Part shown: one piece after another, positions 1 through 18,944 of the stretch | Position numbering within the stretch: position 1 is the first letter of the stretch | Layout: each line of letters opens with the position of its first letter | From: the human T2T-CHM13v2.0 reference genome, Homo sapiens | DNA: 64,000 bases | NCBI RefSeq assembly: GCF_009914755.1 | Contig: NC_060948.1 | Strand: one strand, 5' to 3' | Program-made: the position numbers and the translations under genes | The notes under the pieces: model-generated | What the model was told of the DNA's origin: nothing | Databases searched by the model: none | Seen by the model: only the letters and a program-made list of their open reading frames with translations

Positions 1-550
1 TCCTTAATCACTTTTGCAAAGTCACTTTTGCCATATAAGGTCACATATTCACAGATTTCAGGGATTAGGATGTGGGCGTCATTGGGGCCATTATTCTGTC
101 TATCACATGGAGATTAGGATGTGGACATCTTTGGGGCCATTATTCTGTCTCCCACATGGGGATTAGGACATGGACATCTTTGGGGGTCATTATTCTGTCT
201 CCCACATGGGGATTAGGACATGGACCTCTTTGGGTGTCATTATTCTGTCTACCACATGGGGATTAGAATGTGGACCTCTTTGGGGGACATTATTCTTTCT
301 ACCACATGGGGATTAGAATGTGGACATCTTTGGGGGACATTATTCTGTCTACCACATGGGGATTAGGACGTGGACATCTTTGGGGCCATCACCTGTCTAC
401 TACATGGAGATTAGGACATGGACATTTGGGGGGTCATTATTCTGTCTACCACATTAGGATTAGGATGTTGACATCTCTGGAGCCATTATGTTGTCTATCA
501 CATGCGGATGAGGACATGGACATCACTGGGGCCATCACTTTTTCTACCAG
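1..550. repeat. MLT1-type LTR end followed by about 10 tandem copies of its terminal ~50 bp (GGGATTAGGAYRTGGACATCTTTGGGGCCATTATTCTGTCTACCACAT)
   Basis: 50-bp period visible at 61, 111, 161, 211, 261, 311, 361 and onward; 1-107 resembles an MLT1 LTR end. Confidence 0.85.
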
Positions 551-979
551 AAGAGGAAAGAGTATTGGGTTTAGGGTGAGGGGACATAAGTATGTGGTCC
601 CAGAACTACCATTGGTTAGCTCATTACACTGGACAATGGACCTTGCCTCTAGGTCCTTGGGTCCTACATCTGTATTGTAGGGGTAATCCATCCTACATCA
701 GATCTATGGTATTCAAGTAACGGGAACAGGCTAATACAGTCAGCCACTCAAAATGGCTTCATAACATCCTTAAGCTATGGAACCATGAGCCAGACATATC
801 TGATTTGACAAAATTAAGATAAGGGTCAGAAAACTTTCTCTTCTGGCTCTCTGAAGCAAAGCCTTTATTTTGATCTGTCTAGCTGTCAATGTCTTTCCAT
901 TTTCAAATCACAGTTACCAGTCTTTCACCTTTACATGTATTTTAATGGCTTAACATCATTAATATCAGCAGGAAATTGA

Positions 980-1275
980 TTTTTTTTTTTTTAGATGGAG
1001 TTTCGCTCTTGTCACCCAGGCTGGAGTGCAATGGCGCGATCTTGGCTCACCACAGCCCCCACCTCCAGGGTTCAAGTGACTCTCCTGCCTCAGCCTCCTG
1101 AGTAGCTGGGATTACAGGCATGCACCACCATACCCGGCTAATTTTTGTATTTTTAGTAGAGATGGGGTTTCTCCATGTTGGCCAGTCTGATCTCGAACTC
1201 CCAACCTCAGGTGATCCGCCCACCTAAGCCTCCCAAAGTGCTGGGATTACAGTCGTCAGCCACTGTGCTCGGCAG
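980..1275 (-). mobile_element. Alu (S family)
   Basis: poly-T followed by antisense Alu; flanked by CAGGAAATTG target-site duplication. Confidence 0.95.
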
Positions 1276-2850
1276 GAAATTGTTTTTACTAAGAGACCGC
1301 TGAGCCAGTGTGGAGAGGGATCAACATGAAAACATGATGGCATTTGAATATTATTTTCCAAAATCAGATTATCCCTTTAAACACACGTTTCTCTAACTCA
1401 TGGGAGGCCAATGTCAGTCATGACATGAAATTATATTTCCCACATTGCATCTTAGACTAGAACTTCTATAAATCTGCAAGCCAAAAAAACAGAACTTCCA
1501 AGGCTCCATAGCAAAGTAACCAAGCCAACCCCATACTCACCTAGAATCGACTCTCTACAGCTGTGTTCATTCATCACACTCATTACTTCCAAATTGGATG
1601 TTTTTTTCTCCAACAGGCTCAATGACTACTTAATTTACATTCCAGCCACAAAATCAAGCCTCTGATCTTACCTACTCCTGTGTCAGGCATAAACGTAATT
1701 ACGAATACAAAGTATTGCAGATTAGGTAATGCATTCAGTCTAGGATGGAAGACTCAGGTTGTACTTGGTGAGGGAAAGCGTTTACAACACCTGTCTACTG
1801 GATTTAAACATGCAGCTGCCATTGGGGTTAGGGTTGGAAATTTCCATATCACTGGTAGCTGAGTTCCTGACTAGTTGGGATAATCAAGGGTAGTTGAGAG
1901 CCAAGTACTTAATGATTATCTCCACTCTGCAAATGACCAATGTCTTGTGGCATACATTACCCAAACTTCTCATTCTACTTGGAATACTCCTTCTGTAGCA
2001 AGTCTAGGTCCTTCTAGAGCCGTCTTCAGAGTTGAGGTCTGGCAAACTCATTCCATGCCCAAGATCAAAACCAGTAGGCTTACCACTTTACCATTGGCAT
2101 CCAAGCTTGACTTCTTGATCTTCAAGTGACATGCTTTCTGTATCCTCATTTCTGCCTTTATTCTTTCTTCTCCAAAATTCCCAAAGTGGTCTTGGGCAGA
2201 GAAGATAATGATGGGTTTTGGTTGTCCTTAAAAAGTCTGCATGGATATCTTCACAGGAAAGCAGCATGCTTTTACCTAATTTTGTTTTGTCCTCTCAGGT
2301 ACATGGTGATTCCTAGTCTATCATGTGTGTGAATTTCTTGGGGTTCTGCTACAAGGCAGATTCTGTTTCAGTGGATCTGGGTGGGGCTTCACATTCTATG
2401 TGTCTAAGTCCTGGGCAATGGTGATACTGCTCATCCATGGACCATATATTGTGTCTTGAGGTTTTACAACACAGGTGTATATAGGTTTATGTATATAGGT
2501 GATGCCCTGCATAAACTCACTACAGAAAACGACCTGGGCTAGAAATGGTAGCAGAGTGCAACCTAGGGGTCCCTGGGTTGGCTTAAACTCAGTAGGTAGG
2601 CATGGAACTTGGGATGGCCACTTTCTTGACCCTTAGCAGGAATTGCATGGGTCCAGGCAATTTATCACAAGAAAAACAAAGTAAATGCCCCAGATGGATC
2701 AACTCAAATGCATCAGTACTAGTAGAAACAACTAAAATGATGGCTACCTGGCTGGATTCATGTTCTGTGGTAGCATCTTCCTCTACTGCTGATGTGAGGT
2801 TGGTCCCTGAAGCAGAAATGGCTCTTGTCGCCCAGGGACAAAGGAGTCTT

Positions 2851-3270
2851 GGCTGGGCACGGTGGCTCATGCCTGTAATCCCAACACTATGGGAGGCTGA
2901 GACAGGAGGATTGCTTGAGCCCAGGAGTTAAAGACCAGCCTGGACAACATGGCAAAACCCTGTCTCAAAAAAAGAAAGAAAGGAAGAGAGAAAGAGAGAA
3001 AGAAAGAGAGAGAGAAAGAAGGAAGGAAGGAAAGGAAGGAGAGAGAGAGAGAAAAAAAAAGAAAGGAAGAAAGAAAAGAAAGAAAGAAAAGAAAAGAAAA
3101 AAAGAAGAAAAGAAAAGAAAACTTTGCTGAGCCCCCAGGCTTGGTGGCTGAGATGAAAGCATCGCTGGAGCCCAGCAGGTTGAGTCCGCAGTGAGCTGCG
3201 ATTGTGCCACTACACTCCAGCCTGGGCTACACAGAGGGACCATTTCCAAAACCAAGAAAGAAACAAAAAA
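2851..3270 (+). mobile_element. Old Alu (J-like) with the middle A-rich linker expanded into a ~155 bp (GAAA/GA)n tract
   Basis: left arm 2851-2966, purine tract 2967-3121, degenerate right arm to ~3250. Confidence 0.8.
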
Positions 3271-4389
3271 GGGAGTCTTGCTAAGTTGATGCCTTTAGAA
3301 CTCGTTGTTCGTAGAGACAAAGTTGGTGTGTGGGAGCTCCCCATGCACTTCTCTGGAGGATAAGAGAGGGTAGCTCCATTCTTTGTTGAGAAAAGTGCAT
3401 TTGCCCAGAGGGCTTGGGGGCTCAGGTTTAAAAAGAAAAGTCTGAAGGTCAGTGCTTGCTGATGATAATAAGTGATGCTGAAATTATCTAGCATCTAGAT
3501 GCTAAAATGTCACCCTTTACCATCTTTTCAACATCCTTCTGTCTCAGTGGTATGAAATGATTAATTTCACCCAGGGTAATTGGCTATTTAAACTTACTGG
3601 CACTGGCAAAAAATGCATTAAGGTGGACATTCTAAAATCAAAGATATTAATATTAAGATCTATTTTATTTCTTTAAAAAATTACATGAGATCTTCCAGGG
3701 ACCATGTAATGAGCAATAGTTAGCATATAAAGTACTCCAGACCCATCCAAACATTTGTCAACACTACAGTATAAACATTATTCCTTTATTTTCCAAATTT
3801 CTGGTGTAGAGTGTGTTGCAATTGTTGGAAACTAGACTGAGATTAAACAGTGAGTAATACTCAGTATTGCAACCTGTCGTTTCCAATTTCCTGAACCATC
3901 AGGAGAATACAGTGCCTCTTTTTAGTGTTATTTATGAACCATAGCTTTTGCATCCATTTTGCAATTACACATGGCCAACGTTTAATATATAAAGTCATGA
4001 AAACTCTTTGGAATCTAATTGTTTTTTTCCCCTCTGGCTGGAACGAATAGTTAAGCAGAGGAAACTGTAAAGAGGTTCATGTAGATTTCACAGAATGTGT
4101 TTTATGATCTTTTTGCATCATGAGTTTGGCTCTGTCTCCAGGGGAATGCAATTCTCCCAATGAAATGGGGAACTCAGGCTTCCTCCAACCAATTGTTCTC
4201 TTTCCTTGAATTTATTCCATGGCAAGAATGGAATATCCCTGCAAAGATTCTCTAGGATGATCCAGACAAAGTCAATTCATTCATTCATGGGTGCTTGCAT
4301 TCATTTAATGAATATTAATGACCTAGACTGTGCCAGATATTGGAGTAGGCCTGCATATATATGGGTCCCAACATTTGGTCTCAGAAAGT

Positions 4390-5015
4390 AATAGGTAGAT
4401 AGACAAATAGATGGATGGATGGGCGGGGTAAGTGGATGAATGGATAACTGGATAGAAAGTTGGGTGCATAGATGGATGAATTATTAGGTGGATTAATGGA
4501 TGGACAGATAGATGGGTAAATGGATAAGTGGGTAGCTAGGTAGTTGGATAGTTGATTGGATGAATGGATGGATAGATAGTCAGATAGATGTTATATAGAG
4601 AGATGGATGGATGTATATATGGATGATGGATGGACAGATGGATGGGTGGATGGATGAATGGGTAGATACATAATTGGTTAGTTGATTGAATGAATGGATG
4701 GATAGATAGTTGAATAGATGGTTATAGGGAGAGATGAATGGATGGATATATGGATGATGGATGGGCTGATAAATGGGTAGATGGATGATGGGCAGATAAA
4801 TAGTTGGATAGTTGATTGGACGAATGGGCGGATAGATAGTTGGATAGATGGTTATATGGAGAGATAAAGGGATGATAGATGGACAGACTGCATGGGTGAA
4901 TGGATGCATAGATAGTTGGATAGATACTTGGTTGGATGGATTACAGATGGAAAAATAGATGAATATATGTATGGATAGATAAATAATCGCATAGATGGTT
5001 GGATGGACAGATGGA
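4390..5015 (+). repeat. (TGGA/TAGA)n degenerate simple repeat
   Basis: directly visible GATG/GATA tetramer array. Confidence 0.95.
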
Positions 5016-5665
5016 AGATTCTCAACTTCATGGCTTAATGCCAACTCCTCTCCACCTTTCATGTCGATTGGTGGTCCCAGGGGGTGCAAAATGGGTGGTC
5101 TCATACAGTAGTTCTAAGCAGGTGTGCTGTTCTCAGCAGCCTCAGGGACCAGCTGTGTTACCTTGTTCATGTAACTCAACTTCTCTGCTCCCCGTCACAT
5201 CTTTAAAGCAGAGGACAGGATGGCTGCGAGAATGACGTGAGAAAATCTGGGTCTCAGTGGTGTAGGGAGAGCTAAAGGGATGCTACTACAATTCAGAGAG
5301 TGATCATTAAATGTGCCTCTTCAAATGTGCTTCAGGACAGTCCTCTTCCGTGGCTCAAAAAAATGAGGTCAGTCATTTCCCGACCGCAAACCCTGTCCAT
5401 TTGTGTATCGCTTAAAAGTAAGTGACCTTACTTTTGAATTTACATCTCTTCCAATAAAAGAAACAGGAGTCCAAAGTTATCTGGAATAAGACATGTCATA
5501 AAAACACAGGGGTGTCAACCACAATGTGGAAGATGAATAACCCTGTATAACACGCAGGAAGAAAAATAAGCTGTCTCCATTCAGCCAATGAATGAAACAA
5601 ATCCAAATGCAAGTGAGAATAGGGGTAGGGGTTATTACCAAGCAGGTTCACAGGCTTGCTGATGA

Positions 5666-6172
<507 letters not shown>

Positions 6173-6282
6173 TAGAATTGACGGTAGGAAATGGAGCTCT
6201 CTACTTCCTCATTTCCAGAGTAAGCAGGGCGCACGTTCCCATGGTGCCCTTCTATTTTTTCACAACACTCTAAGTTTTCTCA

Positions 6283-6593
6283 GCTGGGTGCGGTGGCTTA
6301 CACCTGCAATCCCAGCACTTTGGGAGGCTGAGGTGGGAGGATCACTTGAGCCCCGAAGTTTGAAACCAGCTTGGGCAACATAGCAAGACCCCATCTCTCA
6401 AAATATCTTTAAAAAATTAGCCAGTCACGGAGGTATGTGCCTGTAGTCCCAGCTACTCAGGAGGCTGACGTGGGAGGATTGCTTGAGCCCAGGAGGTCAA
6501 CAATGAAGTGAGCTATGATGTCATTCCAGCGTGGGTGACAGAGTCTGACCTTGTCTCAAAATAATAAATAAATAAATAAATAAATAAATAAAA
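6283..6593 (+). mobile_element. AluJ-like element with (TAAA)n tail
   Basis: Alu consensus with J-type GGGCAACATAGC and GGAGGATTGCTTGAG. Confidence 0.9.
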
Positions 6594-6924
6594 GTATTAT
6601 CCAAAAATACTTAATTTTAAACATTTTCTCCAAACTCCCAATAGGGCATGAAACAGCTATTAACAATAATTACATTAACAATTTCTTTTTGCTATGATCA
6701 TATCTGCAAATTATAGGAAGGGTGCTGAGTCCACTGTAGCCAGTATACTTAGTACATCTGAGATACCCAAATCAGTGTGTCTCATCAGAGCTGCTCATAG
6801 ACACGATAGGGGTTTCAGCAAACCCCTGATAACCCATGCATGACTTTTCTTTTTAAATGTGCCCGGTTTTCATTCATATTCGGAGTTTTCAGGTCAATCT
6901 CAAATACACCTGTCTTCCCGTCTG

Positions 6925-6943
6925 TACAGAATATATGTATATA

Positions 6944-6976
<33 letters not shown>

Positions 6977-7370
6977 CATACATAAAGGGGAGTTTATTAT
7001 ATATTAACTCACACGATTACAAGGTCACACAATAAGCTGTCTGCAGGCTGAGCAGCAAGGAAGCCAGTCTGATAACTGAAGAACCTGGAGTCCAATGTTC
7101 AAGGGCAGGAAGCATCCAGCACGGGAGAAAGATGCAGTCTGGGAGGCTAGGCCAGTCTCTCTGCACATTTTTCTGCCTGCTTATATTCTAGCCAAATTGG
7201 TTGCTGATGAGATGGTGCACACGCTGATGAAGCGGGGTGCGGGGTTTGCCTTTCCCAGCCCACGGACTCAAATGTTAATCTCCCTTGGCAACACCCTCAC
7301 AGACACACTCAGGATCAATACTTTGCATCGTTCAATCTAATCAAGTTGACACTCAGTATTAACCATCACA
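6925..7370. mobile_element. MLT2A-like ERVL LTR with (TC)n(TA)n microsatellite
   Basis: AAGGGGAGTTTATT...GCAGGAAGCATCCAGCACGGGAGAAAGATG...AGTATTAACCATCACA match the MLT2 LTR as recalled. Confidence 0.8.
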
Positions 7371-7697
7371 CCATCTTTTCACAGCTGCTGCCAAAAACAC
7401 AACTTCAATCTTCAACAGAATCTTTTTAATGAAAAGGAAATACCTTTGCCATTCAGAGTTTTAGAGAAAGTTCAAGGCCCTTTTCAAAAAAGAAAATAAA
7501 ATTTTTAAAGAGGAGTGTCAATTCTTATCTTGTTAGCTAGTATTCAAGGATGAAGTTGCAGCTGTGGCTTAATTACAGAATCCTGCCCACTTAATTCAAC
7601 ACGATTCACACTTAAGTTCACACACATCTACTTTTTCTCATTTTGTTCTTTGGTGAATTTAAAATATTCAGAATAATGGTAACAGTAATGGCTGTGA

Positions 7698-8105
<408 letters not shown>

Positions 8106-8544
8106 TAGAAATACTGTGTTGTGGTAGGCATTATATTATCGTTATCATTGTTTTTCAAACTGGGGCACCTTAGGTAGGCAAAGGTTAAGGAATTGGCTCA
8201 GGTTGTGTTACAATTGTATGCCCAAACTGGGCTTTAAGCCAAAGCAACCTGATTCTAGATCCAGACTATGTTCTTTGTCCAGACCTTCGTACTGGGGGGA
8301 CCCTGACTCCTTCCATTAAGAGGGGCTTCTCCCCTTCTTTTATACCTAAGGACAAGCAGTAGAGAGATCAAGTCTGTACACAATGTTGAATGTAGGGTAC
8401 GCACCCATGAGTCTGCCTGTGTCTTATGACAATGCTCCGTCAACCCGTCGGGAAGCTCTGCCTTCCTCTAGTGCTCTCCCCACCAATGCTTGGGCCCCCA
8501 TACTACCACCAAGCCCGCCACTTTTATTTCCTTTTTTTAAAATT

Positions 8545-9159
<615 letters not shown>

Positions 9160-9364
9160 TAGATGAACAAAAATTATCTTATGCCATCTGTCACCCCAAG
9201 ATTATAAAGGTCCCTTCCCAGAGGAATGTACCCTCCTCACAGCTCCCTCAAACACCCAGCCATCTTGTTAGCCATGTAGATACGAAAACTAACCCTTAGC
9301 CATGTGTCTGCCACATTTTCCTTCTTGGGGCTAATAATAAAATAAGTGTATTAAGACATGAGTT

Positions 9365-9678
9365 GATGGGATGCGGTGGCTCACGCCTGTCATCCCAGCA
9401 CTTCGGGAGGCCGAGGTGGGCAGATTACCTGAGGTCAGGAGTTCGAGACCAACCTGGCCAACATGCTGAAACCCCGTCTCTACTAAAAAAAAAAAAAATA
9501 CAAAATTAGACAGGTATGGTGGCGTAAGCCTGTAATCCCAGCTACTCAGGAGGCTGAGGCAAGAGAATCGCCTGAACCCAAGGAGGTGGAGGTTGCAGTG
9601 AGCAGAGATCGCGCCACTGCACTCCAGCCTGGGCGACAGAGCGAGACTCTGACTCAAAAAAAAAAGAAAAAGAAAAAC
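9365..9678 (+). mobile_element. Alu
   Basis: Alu consensus with A tail. Confidence 0.95.
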
Positions 9679-10102
9679 ATGTTCTTTTTAAATCATAAAT
9701 ACAATTAAAATTGTACTTATGAAATATGCCTTTTCAAACTTTGTTTCTTAGCTTTTGACCCTGTTCTGGGGTCGGTGAGGTACTTGTGTGAATCTTACAG
9801 CAGGTTTTTCTGCCTAGTGGTCTGACTGGCACGTCGAGCGCCTGCCCAGTGAAAGCTGAGACCAGCGAGGGTGGAGTGCTGTGTTCCCCTGTGCAGAGGG
9901 TGAGGAGCCTTCCTGAGTTTTTCCGAGACACAGAGAACCCAGACCTCCTTTAGGAAAATAACTATAGAATAGCTCGATTGTTAAAATCATCATGCGAGCT
10001 TTGCCAGCCGCTTTTTGTTGTTGTTGTTTTAATAGAAAGCATCCCTTCCCACAGCTAAGGAGACCACGTGAGAGGCATCTCATTCTATAGAATGCACCGA
10101 GA

Positions 10103-10513
<411 letters not shown>

Positions 10514-10584
10514 CTACCAAGCTAACGGTATACAGGCTAGGGTTCTGTTTTCACAATGACACAAAGAGGTGCACCTGAGCCATG

Positions 10585-11848
10585 TGGTTTCAAAAAATAT
10601 TTTATTTTCTGGAATAGCCATAATATCTCAGCTCTGTCTTTATGCCCTCTCTCCACACGGAGGAGGCAGAAGCTATGACAACACTGAGGTGCCACACATC
10701 ACACCTGCAAAACAGAATAATGGGAGCGTTTAGGAGACTGTAGAAAATGCTCACCAGGGTGCATACAGACAGGATGGGGGCTGGGCATTGCTGGGCTGCT
10801 GCTGTCTGTCAAGGACATTCAGAGAGATATACATGTCCCCGGGGCAGGGCCCGCCTCCATCTTCATCTCTTCTCTCTCATGTGTCAAATGAAGCAGAGGA
10901 AAAACAGCAGAGAGTCCTTCACGGCTGCTGGACTAGGCAATGCAACTCTCACAAGTGATGAGATTGAGAATGTGCCTTACACATCCCGTAGGTCTGGCGG
11001 TCACGAATGCGAGATTTGCTTCTAGAAATTTCTGGGACTCTTGTTTCATGTGCAAAGTGCCTAGTCTGTATCTGTAGGGCGATGCTGTTCTTCCAAGACA
11101 TGATTTTTCCTTTTTACAACAGACAGGATAGGAATATTTGGGGTCACTTGGCAACAATGATGATGGGGAATCCTCTGTATCTCTTCCCTGGAGCATTTGC
11201 TCTGCACACAGAAGGAAGCCATTTGCACTGGATGGAGTCTGTATGAAGCTGGCAGCATGGATTGCATTGGAGAGTTAAGTAGGGCAAGCCCCCCAGTTGC
11301 ACCTACTCTAACGATGGTATAATCTGAAGCTGATTTGTCCTGTGGACGTCTCTAGCCAGTAATAAGAGTAAACAGTTCCAATGGGCTTCCCTTGGGCATT
11401 GGAACCCCTGTGAATTCCGACTCTGCACAAGAGCAAGGTGGACGAAAACTTCACAACAGAATGGGCCAGGCAAGGGGGCAGAGATGGCTGGATGGGACCA
11501 CAAGGATGGATGGAGGTTACAGATGCCAGCATGGCCCCAGAGGTGACACTGCCCATGAGTCCTGGTTACCCAGTGATGGCTTGGCAGGATGAGTGACGGG
11601 TGGGGAAGATGGCCTTTATCCTTATTGACAGTCATCTCACCCTTCACTCCTGCAGTGCAGCTGGGCTGACATGCTGGTGGACGTTCTTCAGAGAAGGGCC
11701 AAGCTGTGACCTTCAGAGATCCATCCCTCCACACTGGAGTCCTGGCCTACTGGTAGCTTATGAGGGGGATGCTCTTACAACTCCTTGGCTTGCAACTGGC
11801 ATGCAGGCAAACTGAAGACTCCACAGCCACTCCATCACTTTAGGGGCC
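10585..11848 (-). ncRNA. Candidate terminal exon of a minus-strand transcript (possibly the lncRNA recalled as LINC03112)
   Basis: long polypyrimidine tract then AG at 11850-11849 on the minus strand; AATAAA at 10606-10601 with a GU-rich downstream element; no recognisable repeat between. The name is from memory only. Confidence 0.45.
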
Positions 11849-11944
11849 CTAAGCAGATGCAAAGAGAAGGAAAAAAAAGAGTAAGAAAAAAAAAATCAAT
11901 GGTAATCTGATGAAGGGTTACCCCCCACCGCCGCCTCCTGCTCT

Positions 11945-12320
11945 CTTTAGAGACGGGGTCTGGCTCTGTTACCCAAGCTGGAGTGCAGAGGTGCAATCAC
12001 AGCTGACTGTAATCTCAAACCCTTGCACTTTTTAATCTTTTTTAGAGATGGGGCCTGGCTCTGTTGCTTAGGCTGGAGCACACTGGCGCAACCATAGCTG
12101 ACTGTCATCTTAAACGCCTGGGCTTAAGCAATTCTTTTATCTCAGTCTCCTGAGTGGTTAACGCTACAAGTGTGTGCCACCAAGCAGATAATTTTTAATT
12201 TTTTTTTTTTTGTCTCATTAAGTTTCCCAGGCTGGTCTTGAACTCTTGCACTCAAGTAATCCTTCCACCTCAGCCTCCCGAAGTGCTGTGCTGACAGGCA
12301 TGAGCCACGGCATCCAGCCA
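11945..12320 (-). mobile_element. AluJ fragments
   Basis: degenerate antisense Alu with a duplicated segment. Confidence 0.8.
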
Positions 12321-12334
12321 GTACATCTCTTTAA

Positions 12335-13837
<1,503 letters not shown>

Positions 13838-14273
13838 ATTTTTCCATTTATAGATTGCCTTTATTCTGCATATGGTAGAACCAAATGGAAGTCAAGACAC
13901 AAGCATCTGGGGTGCTGGAGCCTGAGAAGACCTGTCTGGAGCTTGACAGAAATTCTGAATCCCCACCGACTCTCAGTCTACCCAGAAAGACAATGACCCA
14001 ATAAAGAAACAGACTTTAGTCCTGTGTGAATTTGCTTGGGCTGTGTGTGGGGAGGCCCCTCCATCAGGGATAGTTCTGGCTAAATATCGCATGTGGAAAA
14101 CTACCAGATGGTTGAGAGTGAAGATGAGAGAAGAGCCAGGGAGGGAAGAGATGCTTTCTTCAGGGCCAGGGGAGAGAAATTCCATAAGAAAAGCATAGGG
14201 TTAGCTGGAAGACAAAATGAGACTTGTGCTATCCAGATTGGGGGCACCAGCCACAAATGGCATTTGGATGTGG

Positions 14274-14700
14274 TGTCTTCGTCCATTTTGTATTGCTATA
14301 AAGGAATATCCCAGGCTGGGTGACTTATTAAAGAAAAGGGGTGTATTAGGCTTACCGTTCTGCAAACTCTATAAGAAGCAAGCATGGTGTTGGCATCTGC
14401 TCAGCTTCTGGTGAGGCCTCAGAAAGCTTTTACTCATGGAGGAAGGCAAGGGGAACCAGAGCGTCACATGGTGAAAGAGGGAGCAAGAGAGAGAGGAGGA
14501 GGAGCCAGGCTCTTTTTAACAATCAGCTCTTGCATGAACTAATACTGTGAGAACTCGCACATTACCATGAGGATGGCACCAAGTCATTCATGAGGAATCT
14601 GTTCCTGTGACGGAAACACCTCCCACCAGGCCTCACCTCCAACACGGGGGATGCTATTTCAACAGGAGATTTGGAAGGGACAAACACCCAAAGGATGTCA
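14274..14700. mobile_element. MSTB-like MaLR LTR inserted in a MER33 element
   Basis: TGT...TTGCTATAAAGGAATA...ATTTCAACAGGAGATTTGG...TCA. Confidence 0.8.
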
Positions 14701-16475
<1,775 letters not shown>

Positions 16476-17135
16476 TGACGGGTAGAGTTCTTCCAGACCC
16501 TGAAAACCTGGGGCATCCAGGGAAAATACAGAAACAGGGCTCCGGGTACCTCAGTGGAGTACTAGGTGGGGCTGTAGCCACATAGCTGTGTTCCCCTGAG
16601 GCCCCCAAAAGCCCCATGATCTCCAGGGACACCGGGCTGGGCAGGCTGCTATTCCACCTCTCACCTCTTTGAACCCCAGTCCCTCCACCTTTCACAGTGG
16701 CATAAAGACTCTTCCCAATTAGGATGACCCAAACATCTGGGTCAAGGAAGATTCAGTGACCCAGGGACCTGTCCTTGCTCCAGGCAAATCAGTTGGAGCA
16801 ACTTGGAAGTGACTAGATATTTATTCTGAGCACTTGGGACGAAGCTTGGGGGTATAGGGAATTCCTTGATACCTTCTCAAAGAATTCAAAGTCTACTGAA
16901 AAGGGCTTTCCTTCACTTGAGTATCTCAAATATTCATCTGGGAACGCTATCTACCACCTCCTGAATCGCTGCTATTGGTAAGATAATGGGTTGATCTCCA
17001 CAAATTATAATGATGATCACACTTGCTAGCCCCAGGAACCAGCCGCATCCAATTCAGCTTTTGCAAGGAATCTAATTCCTGTCTGTCTCTTCCCCACCTG
17101 TAACTCTATAAATCTTATCTTTAAGAATGGGTGGG

Positions 17136-17776
<641 letters not shown>

Positions 17777-18132
17777 CTAATTATGTTCTAGGTATGGCAC
17801 CGCTTTCAGAGTCAGTTTCCAGATGTGCAATTTTAGTACACAAGAACCTTTATCAGCCCCTTACTTTCTCTGTTTCTTCATGAATCCTTGAGGCAGAGGT
17901 CCAACATGGAGAATCATGGTGCTCAATGAGTGGTGGACCTTGGCCAGGTGACTTGGGCCTAAGGCAGCATGTCTGTCGAGTGATGATCATGTCACTCACC
18001 TGCCAAAGCTTACGTGTGGATAAGGTGTTGTCATAAGGTGGGTTCCCCAGACACAGAGACTGAGGTTGGGATTCAAAGACATAGAGCATTTGCAGAGGGA
18101 GGGAGGGAAGCCCGTTTAAAAAGGCACTAAGC

Positions 18133-18433
18133 CGGCCAGGGGTGGTGGTGGCTCACGCCTGTAATCCCAACACTTTGGGAGGCTGAGGCAGTTGGATCAG
18201 GAGGTCAAAAGATCAAGACCATCCTGGCCAACATGGTGAAACCTCATCTCTACTAAAAATACAAAAATTAGCCGTGCGTGGCAGTGTGCACCTGTAGTCC
18301 CAGCTACTCGGGAGGCTAAGGCAGGAGAATCGTTGAACCCGGGAGGCGGAGGTGGCAGTGAGCTGAGATCGCACCACTGCACTCCAGCCTGGTGACAGAG
18401 TGAGAATCCGTCTCCAAAAAAAAAAAAAAAAAA
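18133..18433 (+). mobile_element. Alu (Sc-like)
   Basis: Alu consensus; AAAAAGGCACT target-site duplication. Confidence 0.95.
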
Positions 18434-18944
18434 GGCACTGAGGCATGATTTGGTCTCAGGACATATCTCAACCTGGTCAACAGCAGGCTCTGGAATACAA
18501 ATTGGGCTGCAGAATTTGCTGCCTTTGGGCATGGAAGTATGTGTGTGTGTGTGTGCGCGCGCGCACATATGTATGTGTGCATGCATGATCTCACGTGCTG
18601 TGGCTTCCTCTACCTGAAATGAATCTTCACCTTAGCGTTATCTGGATAACTGTATCTTGACCTTCAGGGCTACACCAAGCATCACGATGCCTTAAACATC
18701 TCCTCCCAAGCCCACCTGGGTTCTTCCTCCATGTTCCTGTAGCACAGAGACTCTGAGATCTGTCTGCCAGCTGTTTTATGGCATGTGGCCCGGACTTCTG
18801 TTATACCCTGGATCAAAATGTACCACAATTATCAAATAACCTTGCCATCTCCCCAGCTGGGAATTTACACTCAGAGCAGGAACCAGGTTTGTCCAGTATT
18901 ATAACTGCTGGTACATAAGAGCCAGGAAAGGTTTGTTAAATGAG

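Noticed and set aside
61-550. CRISPR-like regular repeats
   Set aside because: No unique spacers; eukaryotic LTR-derived minisatellite
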